Assembly (NCBI GenBank): GCA_031257565.1
Contig: JAIROL010000172.1
Location: 1 to 62,434 of the forward strand
Reading direction: 5' to 3'
Source: Tannerella sp.
Lineage (GTDB): Bacteria; Bacteroidota; Bacteroidia; Bacteroidales; Tannerellaceae
DNA: 62,434 nucleotides
Made by a program: the position numbers and the translations under genes. This document shows positions 42,151 through 51,881 of the stretch, piece by piece. The notes under the pieces were generated by a model. It made no database searches. It was not told where the DNA came from and worked only from the letters and a program-made list of their open reading frames with translations. Positions within the stretch are counted from its first letter, which is position 1. The number at the start of each line of letters is the position of its first letter.

Positions 42151-42714
42151 ATGTGCGACAATAAAAGTAAAACACAGTGGCGCCGGTTTGTGTCGGGTGA
42201 CAACAGCGCATACGACTGGCTTTTCAATAAATACATCCGGATTCTTTACCGGTACGGACTGCATTTCACGTCCGACGGCGAGGCCGTAAAGGATTGTATT
42301 CACGACATTTTCACCTGGCTCTACAAGAACAGGCAACGCCTCGTTGTGCCTTCCAACGTGAAGGTTTATCTGTTCGTGTCGCTTAAAAACAGGTTGTTGA
42401 GGTATCTTCACAATAATCGTATGTACGAGCGCGAGGAGATGGAAGACCTCCCGTTCCTGCTCGAACCTACCGTCGAAGACGAATACATTGACAACGAGCA
42501 ATTCATGCGCCAAAAAGAAATGATTGAAAGAATGTTGTCCATCATCAGCCCCCGCCAGAAGGAAGTCATTTACTACCGTTTCATACAGGAACTTCAATGG
42601 GACGAAGTCTGCAAACTGATGGACTTGCCCTATCAGTCTGCCCAGAACCTCCTCCAGCGCGCTCTCAAAAAAATAAGAGAAAATTTCGACTTCGACGACG
42701 CTTATTTTCAATGA
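42151..42714 (+). CDS. ECF RNA polymerase sigma factor
   Basis: LYRYG, VKDCIHDIF, YLFVSLKN, region 4 PRQKEVIYYRF; upstream of fecR-susC. Confidence 0.9.
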   Translation: MCDNKSKTQWRRFVSGDNSAYDWLFNKYIRILYRYGLHFTSDGEAVKDCIHDIFTWLYKNRQRLVVPSNVKVYLFVSLKNRLLRYLHNNRMYEREEMEDLPFLLEPTVEDEYIDNEQFMRQKEMIERMLSIISPRQKEVIYYRFIQELQWDEVCKLMDLPYQSAQNLLQRALKKIRENFDFDDAYFQ

Positions 42715-42797
42715 TTTGAAAAATAATCGCAAAAAAAAGCGTTTCGGCGAGTATAAAACTGCGCCGGCTGTATCCTTAAGGAAAAAGGAAAGCATAA

Positions 42798-44009
42798 ATG
42801 AATACAGATTACACAAAATATACGGCCGACGAACTTCTGGGAGACGATTATTTCCTTCGATCGGAATTTTATCCGACGAAGGAAAGCTATACATTCTGGA
42901 ACCGTCTGCATGCCGGCACGCCGTCTTTAGCAAAAGAAATCGACGCCGCCCGCCTGATTCTCCGCAGTCTCAAACGCAATTACGACAAAAAGAAAAACCT
43001 GTCGTCGGAAGACGTCGAAATGCTCCGCGAAAAGATTAACCGGCAGAACAAAACACACGACAGGCGTCGCAATATACGCCGTCTCGGAGTGGCGGCAAGC
43101 GTAGCCGCATCAATATGCCTGATTTTGTCGACAGGATGGTATCTCCGTTTTTCACGGCAGCAGAACGAAACAGACTATCCGGCGCTGATGAAATCGTTTG
43201 AACAAAAGACGGAAAGTGCATCGGGACAGGTTCAGCTCGTACTGTCCGACAATCGGAAGATTGACATCGACGGAAAAGAAACGCAGGTCGACTACAACGA
43301 AGAAGGACTCGTGAATATCAATTCCGAACAAGTCATCGAAGAAAAAACGGAGAGTAAAGAAACTGCATACAATCAACTGGTTGTCCCCACCGGCAAACGT
43401 TCGGCTATTACCTTCAGCGACGGCACGCGCGCGTGGATTAATTCCGGCTCCAAAATCATTTATCCGATAACTTTCGAAAAAAGCAAACGCGAACTCTTCG
43501 CCGAAGGAGAAATATATCTCGACGTGGCAAAGGACGAAAAAAGACCGTTTATCGTGAAAACCGGCCATATGGACATTACGGTATTGGGAACAACGCTGAA
43601 CGTCAAGGCTTACGGGAATGAATCCGACATGCAGATCGTCCTCGTCTGCGGGAAAGTGGAAGTAGAATTGAAAGGAAATAAAAGCGTCCTGTCGCCCAAC
43701 CAGATGCTTTCGTACAACACTCAAACAGGCAAAACATCCGTCTCGTCCGTCGATGCGGCAGACTACGTGGCATGGAAAGACGGATATTATCTGTTCAAAC
43801 AGCAACAACTCAGCGCCGTGCTCCGCAAACTGTCCGAATATTACGGCATTGCGTTCGAATGGGACAATACAATCGACTCCCTGACATGCAGCGGGAAACT
43901 GGATATGAAGGAAGATTTGGACGAAGTACTGCACACGCTGGAAAAGACGGCCCCGATAACAATATGCAAAACAGATGGATATATATATAGAATGAATGTC
44001 AAACCATAA
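42798..44009 (+). CDS. FecR family anti-sigma factor
   Basis: Single TM (VAASVAASICL), VPTGKR..FSDGT.AWINSGS, VLGT, AWKDG. Confidence 0.92.
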   Translation: MNTDYTKYTADELLGDDYFLRSEFYPTKESYTFWNRLHAGTPSLAKEIDAARLILRSLKRNYDKKKNLSSEDVEMLREKINRQNKTHDRRRNIRRLGVAASVAASICLILSTGWYLRFSRQQNETDYPALMKSFEQKTESASGQVQLVLSDNRKIDIDGKETQVDYNEEGLVNINSEQVIEEKTESKETAYNQLVVPTGKRSAITFSDGTRAWINSGSKIIYPITFEKSKRELFAEGEIYLDVAKDEKRPFIVKTGHMDITVLGTTLNVKAYGNESDMQIVLVCGKVEVELKGNKSVLSPNQMLSYNTQTGKTSVSSVDAADYVAWKDGYYLFKQQQLSAVLRKLSEYYGIAFEWDNTIDSLTCSGKLDMKEDLDEVLHTLEKTAPITICKTDGYIYRMNVKP

Positions 44010-44062
44010 AAACCGAACGCCTATGAACCAATGAAATGCATTACGTGTAAACAGAAAAAAAT

Positions 44063-44093
44063 GGCCGGACAATACCGCATATATTGTCCGACC
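44063..44093 (+). promoter_or_regulatory. Hairpin in the fecR-susC leader
   Basis: CGGACAATA-CCGCATA-TATTGTCCG. Confidence 0.45.
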
Positions 44094-44148
44094 GCAATTT
44101 AAAATCAGTACAAACTTTTATTTACCAATTTAAATCATCAGCAAAAGT

Positions 44149-47100
44149 ATGAAAAAAGATGAAAACCACGGCTTTTTACAAGCCAAAAAAAAATTAATAC
44201 GTACCATGAAGTGTTGCCTGTTTTTTATTTTCGCAGGAATAAGCGCTTGTTTTGCAAACAGATCATACTCGCAGGAAACGTTTTTCACGATGGAGTATGA
44301 CAACTGTACATTAAAGGAGGTGATCCGTGAAATAGAACAAAAAAGCGAATTTATATTCTTCTATTTAGACAACTCCATTGACATGAACAGGAAAGTTTCC
44401 GTCCACGTTAGCAACGAAAACGTGGAAACGATCCTCGATAAACTTTTTGCAGGGACGGACAACCGTTACTATATTTCCGAGCGTCAGATTATTATCTCGA
44501 AAGAAAAAGAACCCGTTCCGGCAAAAGCGATCTCTGTCGTCCGGCAGACGCGCATACTCACGGGTACCGTCAGAGACGACGCGGGGCCGCTCGTTGGCGC
44601 CAACGTCGTCGTCAAGGGGACGACAAACGGCACGGTCACAGACCCGGACGGGAAATTCACCCTGTCCGATATTCCTGACAATGCCGTCATACAGGTATCC
44701 TACATCGGCTATGTGACGCAGGAGATAGCCGTCCGGGACAAGACGACGGTAGAGGTGACGCTTCAAGAAGACGCCGAAATTCTGGAAGAAGTAGTAGTAG
44801 TAGGATATGGCGTTGTGAAAAAGAGCGACCTTACGGGCGCCGTGTCGTCCATTACCAGCGAACAACTCAAGGAACGTTCCAGCGCCAATGCGCTTTCTTC
44901 ACTTTCCGGGCAGGTCGCCGGGGTGCAGATACAACAAACGCAAGGCGCGCCGGGATATGCTCCTACCATCAAAATCAGGGGAACATCAACCATCAACGCC
45001 GGAGTGTCTCCACTATATGTGATTGACGGCGTCCCCATCGACGATTACAGACCAACGGCCGTCACGGCAAGCGTCAATATCCCAAATAACAACATCAATC
45101 CTCTGAGCGCTATCAATCCGCAGGATATTGAATCGATTGAGATATTGAAAGACGCTTCGTCGGCCGCCATTTACGGTTCCAGGGGCGCCAATGGCGTAGT
45201 CATCATTACGACTAAATCAGGAAAGGAAGGCAAACCGAAAATCGACGTCGGCTACGAAAGAGGATTGCAGCAGGTAGCAAGGAAAGTGGAAATGATGAAT
45301 TCACAGGAATTTATCCGGTTTTGGGTCGACGCCCACAACAATGAATGGATAAAGAATGGCGGAAGAGTCAGTGATCCTCAAAGCGCCAGACCCTCCAACT
45401 TGAGAATACCGCAGGAATTTCTGGATAATCCGGGACAGTTCGAGACCACCGACTGGCAGGATGTAGCTTTTCAAAATGCCAACAGCGACAATTTCCGCAT
45501 ATCGCTGACAGGAGGAACAGCCAAAGCCAGTTATATGCTTTCGGGCAACTATCTTTCGCAGGAAGGCGTAGTAGACCGTTCAAAATACCAGCGGGTAACC
45601 TTACGTTCAAACGTAAACTATCAGGTCTCCGACCATGTTAAAACGGGAGCGAACATCTCCTTTTCCAACATCAACGACCGGATATACGGCACGGCAGGCA
45701 AGTCGGATGTAGTAAGTCTCGCCATACAAAACGATCCTTTCTTCCCGCTCTATACCGAAACCGGAACATTGGGATTCCGCGATCCCAACTCCCAATGGAA
45801 CAGATTTGCGCCCTATGAAGTCCAGTTGTGGCATCCTTACGCGCTTACCCGCGAAGCCGACAATTACGGCAGACGGCTGAACGTGCTGGCAACAGGTTTT
45901 CTGGAATATTTGTTTCTTAATCATTTTTCTTTCAAAACCTCGCTGAGCGGCACATACGCCACAAACCGGTCGGGCTATTACCGGAACGAAGGCGAAAACT
46001 GGGGATATTCCAACTGGAGACCTGCGGAAGCAACCATCGGAACTAATCAGACCGACAACTGGATATCGGAAAACATCCTTTCGTACAACAATATATTCGG
46101 AGACCATGCCGTCAACGCCTTAGTGGGTTATACGGCACAAAAGAATCATTACGAAAGCACGGAACAAACATCCCAGGGTTTTCCGAACGATCTGGTGCAT
46201 ACGCTGAATGCCGGTACGCCGACGTCAAGCGTCAGCGAAGAACAGGAATGGAGCCTTTTATCCTACATCACGAGGGTGAACTATTCTTTCAAAAACAAAT
46301 ACCTGCTCACGGCCACCATCCGCAGAGACGGCAGTTCCCGCTTCGGCTCGAACAATAAATGGGGATATTTCCCTTCCGCTTCCCTGGCATGGAAACTGTC
46401 CGAAGAAAGCCGGCTGCAAAATGTCGACTGGCTTTCTTCCTTGAAACTGAGAGCCAGCTACGGCGTAACAGGCAATAATCAAATACCCAATTATGGCGCA
46501 ATAGCTCTGCTGTCTTCGAAACAATATGCATGGGGCGTCAATGTGCAGAGAGGACTGTATCCGGGAACGATCTCGAATCCATCGTTACGGTGGGAAAAAA
46601 CCGGACAGTTCGACTTTGGATTGAACGCCGGATTGTTCAGTAACCGAATTTACATGGAAGCCGATTATTACTATTCCCGTACGAACGATTTGTTGCTGAA
46701 CGTTCCCGTGCCGGCAATAACAGGGTTTACGCAACAATTGACCAACATCGGGGAAGTGCAGAACCAGGGATTTGAATTTTTGCTTACTTCGCGCAATCTT
46801 GTAGGCGCCTTCAAGTGGACGACCAATTTGAACCTGTCTCTGAACAGGAACAAGATAATAAGTACCGGCCCCAATGACGCCCCCATACTTATTACCGAAT
46901 GGGATGTGATTTCCAGATATGAAGTGGGACAACCTGTGAGCAATTTCTACGGTTACATCTTTGACGGCGTATTCAAGAATCAGCAGGAAATAGACGCCTA
47001 TCCGCATCATCCCAGTACCACGCCGGGCGATCCGAAAGTTCGCGATGTGGACGAAAACGGCAAAATTGACGAAAACGACCGTGCGATCATTGGCAATCCT

Positions 47101-47607
47101 CAACCGGATTTTACGTATGGCATGACCAATACTTTTTCGTTCAGGAATTTTGATTTGAGCATCCTGCTGCAAGGATCCTGCGGAAATGAAATTGCCAATC
47201 AGGAAGCGCGTTATTCCAGGCGATATAATGGCGGACGGAATGCGTACAAGGCAGCTTTCGATTATTGGCGGTCGGAATCCGAATCGGGCGACGGGATAAG
47301 TTTCAAACCCTACAAAAGCTATCCGGGTTTGCAAACGCAATCATCTACATTTTTCATAGAAGACGGCTCATATCTCCGAATCGCCAACATAAGACTGGGG
47401 TATACTTTTGCGACTAAAACGCTTTCCGCATTAAATCTCTCCACCCTCCGACTCTATGTCAATGTGGACAATGTATATGTTTTCTCCGATTATCTCGGAT
47501 ATGATCCCGAAAACAGTACCTACTCCAGCGTGCTGATGAGCGGAATGGATTTCGGCGCTCACCCGATACCAAGAACGATCACTTTAGGAATTAATTTAGG
47601 ATTTTAA
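44149..47607 (+). CDS. susC: SusC-like TonB-dependent transporter with N-terminal signalling (STN) extension
   Basis: EEVVVVGYG, LTGAVS, PLYVIDG, LKDASSAAIYGSRGANGV, RRDGSSRF, LRWEKT, C-terminal F. Confidence 0.95.
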   Translation: MKKDENHGFLQAKKKLIRTMKCCLFFIFAGISACFANRSYSQETFFTMEYDNCTLKEVIREIEQKSEFIFFYLDNSIDMNRKVSVHVSNENVETILDKLFAGTDNRYYISERQIIISKEKEPVPAKAISVVRQTRILTGTVRDDAGPLVGANVVVKGTTNGTVTDPDGKFTLSDIPDNAVIQVSYIGYVTQEIAVRDKTTVEVTLQEDAEILEEVVVVGYGVVKKSDLTGAVSSITSEQLKERSSANALSSLSGQVAGVQIQQTQGAPGYAPTIKIRGTSTINAGVSPLYVIDGVPIDDYRPTAVTASVNIPNNNINPLSAINPQDIESIEILKDASSAAIYGSRGANGVVIITTKSGKEGKPKIDVGYERGLQQVARKVEMMNSQEFIRFWVDAHNNEWIKNGGRVSDPQSARPSNLRIPQEFLDNPGQFETTDWQDVAFQNANSDNFRISLTGGTAKASYMLSGNYLSQEGVVDRSKYQRVTLRSNVNYQVSDHVKTGANISFSNINDRIYGTAGKSDVVSLAIQNDPFFPLYTETGTLGFRDPNSQWNRFAPYEVQLWHPYALTREADNYGRRLNVLATGFLEYLFLNHFSFKTSLSGTYATNRSGYYRNEGENWGYSNWRPAEATIGTNQTDNWISENILSYNNIFGDHAVNALVGYTAQKNHYESTEQTSQGFPNDLVHTLNAGTPTSSVSEEQEWSLLSYITRVNYSFKNKYLLTATIRRDGSSRFGSNNKWGYFPSASLAWKLSEESRLQNVDWLSSLKLRASYGVTGNNQIPNYGAIALLSSKQYAWGVNVQRGLYPGTISNPSLRWEKTGQFDFGLNAGLFSNRIYMEADYYYSRTNDLLLNVPVPAITGFTQQLTNIGEVQNQGFEFLLTSRNLVGAFKWTTNLNLSLNRNKIISTGPNDAPILITEWDVISRYEVGQPVSNFYGYIFDGVFKNQQEIDAYPHHPSTTPGDPKVRDVDENGKIDENDRAIIGNPQPDFTYGMTNTFSFRNFDLSILLQGSCGNEIANQEARYSRRYNGGRNAYKAAFDYWRSESESGDGISFKPYKSYPGLQTQSSTFFIEDGSYLRIANIRLGYTFATKTLSALNLSTLRLYVNVDNVYVFSDYLGYDPENSTYSSVLMSGMDFGAHPIPRTITLGINLGF

Positions 47608-47619
47608 ACTTATTAGCGA

Positions 47620-49047
47620 ATGAATACTTTAAGATTAACAAGATATTATACGGGCATCATTTTCCTCTGTACGATTCTTTGGTCATGCTCGGACAGTTTT
47701 CTGGAATTGTCGCCAATCTCAAACGCAAACGAGGCGAATTATTATAAAACGGAAAAAGACTTTGAGACGGCTGTTGTCGCCGCATACGCCACACTTTATA
47801 CTGAATATGATCCCGAAAGCGGACTCAGCTATTGTAGCGAGCAAATGTCGGACGAAGCAACCGTGTATGACATGGCAGGCAACGTTGCCGACAAGCAAGC
47901 GTTCAAGAATTATACGCTGTTCCCCGCAAATACGATTGTTCTTCAGACATGGAGAGCAACATACAACAGTCTGTTAATAATAAATACGCTGATTGACAAA
48001 TTACATACGGCGTCGATCAACGAACAGTTGAAGACCGCTTACGAAGCCGAGATGCGTTTCCTGCGCGCCCTGTACTATTTCAATCTTGTCAGGATGTTTG
48101 GCGATATACCGCTTGTAGACAAACCGATTGTCGTAAATGAAAGCTACTCTACGCTACGTTCGCCGGCGTCCTATGTCTATGATTTCATCATCGAAGATTT
48201 AAAATTTGCTGCCGACCGTTTGCCGCTTCAATCGCAGGTATCGAGGGTTGGACAAGCCTCGAAAGGCGCAGCGCAAGGCATACTCGGCAAGGTATACCTT
48301 ACTGTAGGCAACAAAAGCGCCGCAAAAGAAGTACTGGGGCAAGTCATCAACTCCGGCGAATACGAACTTTTGTCCGACTATGCCCATTTATGGGATCTGG
48401 CGCACGAAAATTCCAGAGAAGCGCTGTTTGAAATACAGCATGTGGCCGGCCCTACAACTCCGTCAAGTCCATACAACGAATATTTTTGCCCGTACAACAA
48501 TATGGCCATCTGCGGACAGGGCTTCGGGATGAATCAGGTAACGGATGATTTGTGGAATGAATTTGAATCGGGTGATCCGCGAAGGGAATTATCCATTTTC
48601 ACCGGATACAACGACAAGGGAGGAAACTGGATCGAAATCAAGTTTCCCAAAAAGTGGTGGGATCCGGCATGGGTCAACTCGAACAGTTATTACTTTGAAA
48701 ACAATTTCATCGTACTTCGCTATGCCGATGTGTTGCTGATGTATGCCGAAGCTGCCGACGATCCGGCCTGCCTGAACATGGTTCGCGACCGCGCCGAAAT
48801 GCCTCGATACGGAAGTAGCAGTTATCCGGCTCAATATTCGACCCTCGCAGAGGCCATTGAACATGAGCGGATGGTAGAGTTGGCTCTTGAATTTCACCGC
48901 TGGTTTGATCTGAAACGAACCGGACGGGCAATTGCCGTACTGAGCGAAAGAAAAGGGAAAGCCATAACGGAACAAATGCTTGTTTTGCCTGTTCCGCAGA
49001 CTGAAAGAGACATCAACCCGGCTTTGACGCAAAACGCAGGATATTAA
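47620..49047 (+). CDS. susD: SusD/RagB family outer membrane lipoprotein
   Basis: Lipobox WSC, FLRALYYFNLVRMFGDIP, RYADVLLMYAEA, ERMVELALEFHRWFDL, QNAGY. Confidence 0.95.
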   Translation: MNTLRLTRYYTGIIFLCTILWSCSDSFLELSPISNANEANYYKTEKDFETAVVAAYATLYTEYDPESGLSYCSEQMSDEATVYDMAGNVADKQAFKNYTLFPANTIVLQTWRATYNSLLIINTLIDKLHTASINEQLKTAYEAEMRFLRALYYFNLVRMFGDIPLVDKPIVVNESYSTLRSPASYVYDFIIEDLKFAADRLPLQSQVSRVGQASKGAAQGILGKVYLTVGNKSAAKEVLGQVINSGEYELLSDYAHLWDLAHENSREALFEIQHVAGPTTPSSPYNEYFCPYNNMAICGQGFGMNQVTDDLWNEFESGDPRRELSIFTGYNDKGGNWIEIKFPKKWWDPAWVNSNSYYFENNFIVLRYADVLLMYAEAADDPACLNMVRDRAEMPRYGSSSYPAQYSTLAEAIEHERMVELALEFHRWFDLKRTGRAIAVLSERKGKAITEQMLVLPVPQTERDINPALTQNAGY

Positions 49048-49054
49048 TCACCTT

Positions 49055-49088
49055 TGGCACGGAGGAGACGCCTTTCTCCTCCGTGCCA
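49055..49088 (+). terminator. Hairpin after susD (terminator or mRNA stabiliser)
   Basis: TGGCACGGAGGAGA-CGCCTT-TCTCCTCCGTGCCA; no U-tract. Confidence 0.6.
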
Positions 49089-49108
49089 TGAATTATAATC
49101 GCGACATC

Positions 49109-49332
49109 ATGAAACGAACATGCAAAACGGCTTGCGCCAAAGAGTTATGAACATGCTGTGAGTTCTATGTTTCCTTAATGTTAAAAAATAAAAAATGTAC
49201 ACATGAAACGAACATGCAAAACGGCTTGCGCCAAAGAGTTATGAACATGCTGTGAGTTCTATGTTACCGAAATGTTAAAAATTAAATAATGTACACATGA
49301 AACGAACAAAAATAAATAATGTACTTATGAAA
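49109..49332 (+). repeat. Head-to-tail array of the 94-bp repeat: two full units plus one internally deleted unit
   Basis: ATGAAACG starts at 49109, 49203 and 49297 (period 94). The third unit is ATGAAACGAACA fused to AAAATAAATAATGTAC, followed by ATGAAA at 49327. Confidence 0.95.
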
Positions 49333-51624
49333 ATGCTTTTTAAATGCACGTTTCTTTTATGGCTACTGACTTCCTGTACCCATAATAATACCGTACAAGT
49401 CAAATATAAAGATTACTCGAAGGGAGATAATTTGAGGCTTTCCAACCGGTATTTCCCCGAATTTGGCGTCCAAAACTGGCAGGAAGAAGATTTCTTCACG
49501 GACAGCTACATTCAAATGATTGACGAGGCAAACGAAAAAACGCCGTATAATTTTCTGATCCCTTTTCTTCGTTTTCCTCATTATGAAGTAGTTGATTCAA
49601 TTGTATACAACCATGTGAAACGGGTGGCCGAATATGCCGTCCGGAAGAACGTGCAACTGGCGCCTGATTTGGACGTCCGTAACGCGCGGAGAGCCTACAA
49701 GGCAAAATATCCGGACGAATTGCAGCAAATGCTGCGCCTCAAGGAAACAGTATTGTACAATGCCGGCGCAACGGAAGCAGTCATTCGGAGCATTGACTTG
49801 AATGACCACTATTCAGGCGGAGCGCTCACGCACCACATTTCGCTCGAAGGAAATCTTTTGAGAGTTTATGCATATAAAAAATCCGAAACAGGCGTCATTT
49901 CCGAAACGCTTCAGGACATTACCGGCGACTGCGAAACAGTATATGCAACAGCCGACTCCGTCTGCATAAAAATTCCTGCACGGACGGATTTTACGCATGC
50001 TTCCGTACTGGTAGCATTTACCCATCTGTATCCCGACATTTTCGGGCCTCATCTGATGGAGTTTCAGCGGGGAATCATCGAACAGTACAGGGATGTGCCT
50101 CTTATCGGCGTCTGCAAGGACGAATGGGGATTCCCGCCTTATTATCCTCGCTTCTTCAGGGAAGGATTACACGATTTCTGGTATTCGGAACATCGCGCCA
50201 AAGCCTATGCCGAAGACTCCGGAGGGAGAGACTTGCTGGCCGACTGCCTGCTGATGGCCATCGGCGCACAGAACAGGGAATCCGAGCGTAAGGCGGCGAT
50301 CAACAGGTTCATGGAAATGTCCCGATTACGGCACACTGCGCTGGAAGTGGATTTTTACAACACGGTAAAAGCGGTTTTTGGGAAAGACGCCGTCGTCTCG
50401 GTACATGCCACATGGTGGCCCTATCCGGATAAATGCGAATTTCTGAAAAACGGACTCGACTGGTGGACGGCCAAACGCGACTGGGCGCAAACGGACGAGG
50501 TGACGCCATACGCCGTGCGCACAGCCTTATGCAAGAAATGGGGCAGTCCGGTTTGGTATAACATGTATTATAAAATGGATATGGTACCGCAGATGTGGAG
50601 TTCGGCGCTTGGCGGAGGACGAATCGACTACCTGCCTTATCAATCGCTGTTCCACCCCGAAGTCATGCTGGCCGAATGTCGTATCCGGCTTTTAAACTGC
50701 ATCAGTGAAAGTCCGACGGATTGCCCTGTGGCAGTCGTTTTCGGGCATTACGGCGCGATGAACTGGGCAGGGCCGCACTACGAAGATGCAGGGATGGAAC
50801 TTGTAGACAGTTTGTGGCGCACCGGTTATCCGACCGACCTGATTCCCACAACGGAAATCACAAACGGAAGCCTGACGGTAGACGAAAACGGAACGATTTG
50901 GTACGGAAAACAGGCTTATGCTGCCGTCGTACTATACAATCCGGAGTTTGAAAATGCTCCGGTCGCCGAGTTCTTCAACAAAGCCTCCAAAGGAAATACC
51001 GCACTGTTTCGCGTAGGCGAATGGACGGAAGATTTCGAAGGGAAGCCGTTTGACGGCAATCAACTGTTGCCCGCATCCATGACCATTGCTCGTGAAGCGC
51101 AGAACGCATTCGTTAAGGTTTGCCGTACGCTGGAGGAAAAACGCATTCCGAAACAAACGCCTGCAACCGGAATCCTGGACAATACGTATTTTCAACTCCG
51201 TGACTTCGAACATGTCTCTTGTGCGCCTCCGACTACCGGATTCTGTCGCCTGATTGACGGTACGGTGATTCACATTGCCGGAACGGATAATATAAGCGGC
51301 GACACGATACAAACGGATTTCAAGGTAAACGATTACGACGTTTCCGTCAATGCTGTCGGCGTTGCGGCCGTGCGCCTGGACGAAAACGGCAATCCGGAAG
51401 CGCTGGCTGCAGGCGGCCTGAAATCATTCAAGGCAGGAAATCTTGAAATCCTGCCGAATGACCACCGGATAGATTTGGCCTTATGGAAAAATCATGCCGG
51501 AAAATGGCAAGGCGTCATACAGGGATGGGACGGCGACATACCGGATGCTCTTTTACAAATCACCTCCGACTGGAGCCGATTGAACGTTCCTGTGCCGCCT
51601 GAATTTACTTTCCGCAGAAGATGA
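49327..51624 (+). CDS. PUL-encoded hypothetical lipoprotein, possible glycoside hydrolase
   Basis: Lipobox LTSC; directly downstream of susD; DEWG acidic motif; no family recognised. Confidence 0.7.
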   Translation: MKMLFKCTFLLWLLTSCTHNNTVQVKYKDYSKGDNLRLSNRYFPEFGVQNWQEEDFFTDSYIQMIDEANEKTPYNFLIPFLRFPHYEVVDSIVYNHVKRVAEYAVRKNVQLAPDLDVRNARRAYKAKYPDELQQMLRLKETVLYNAGATEAVIRSIDLNDHYSGGALTHHISLEGNLLRVYAYKKSETGVISETLQDITGDCETVYATADSVCIKIPARTDFTHASVLVAFTHLYPDIFGPHLMEFQRGIIEQYRDVPLIGVCKDEWGFPPYYPRFFREGLHDFWYSEHRAKAYAEDSGGRDLLADCLLMAIGAQNRESERKAAINRFMEMSRLRHTALEVDFYNTVKAVFGKDAVVSVHATWWPYPDKCEFLKNGLDWWTAKRDWAQTDEVTPYAVRTALCKKWGSPVWYNMYYKMDMVPQMWSSALGGGRIDYLPYQSLFHPEVMLAECRIRLLNCISESPTDCPVAVVFGHYGAMNWAGPHYEDAGMELVDSLWRTGYPTDLIPTTEITNGSLTVDENGTIWYGKQAYAAVVLYNPEFENAPVAEFFNKASKGNTALFRVGEWTEDFEGKPFDGNQLLPASMTIAREAQNAFVKVCRTLEEKRIPKQTPATGILDNTYFQLRDFEHVSCAPPTTGFCRLIDGTVIHIAGTDNISGDTIQTDFKVNDYDVSVNAVGVAAVRLDENGNPEALAAGGLKSFKAGNLEILPNDHRIDLALWKNHAGKWQGVIQGWDGDIPDALLQITSDWSRLNVPVPPEFTFRRR

Positions 51625-51699
51625 AAAAACTAAACTTTTTTCCTTTTTTATCATTTTTCAAGACAAAAATTCTATTTTTGTATTTATTTTATGAACTAT

Positions 51700-51841
51700 C
51701 CTGACTTTGACACTTGGGTGTCCCGGCGTTTTTAAGCCACTGAGAATTGCGTAAACGCCCTAAAAAAAATATTTTTTGCTTGCAAATATTCAATTCTCGC
51801 AGGGTTAAATTCAATTTGGGTGTCCCGGTGTCAAAGTCAGG
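51700..51841. mobile_element. 142-bp MITE with perfect 14-bp terminal inverted repeats and ~16-bp flanking direct repeats
   Basis: CCTGACTTTGACAC (51700-51713) / GTGTCAAAGTCAGG (51828-51841); flanks TTATTTTATGAACTAT (51684-51699) and TGATTTTATGAACTAT (51842-51857); internal TTGGGTGTCCCGG at 51714 and 51816. Confidence 0.85.
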
Positions 51842-51881
51842 TGATTTTATGAACTATATTGTAATTATTATTAGCTATACT

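Noticed and set aside
49109-49332. Tandem repeats as a CRISPR array
   Set aside because: The units are contiguous 94-mers with no unique spacers, there are no cas genes, and copies are dispersed elsewhere in the window.
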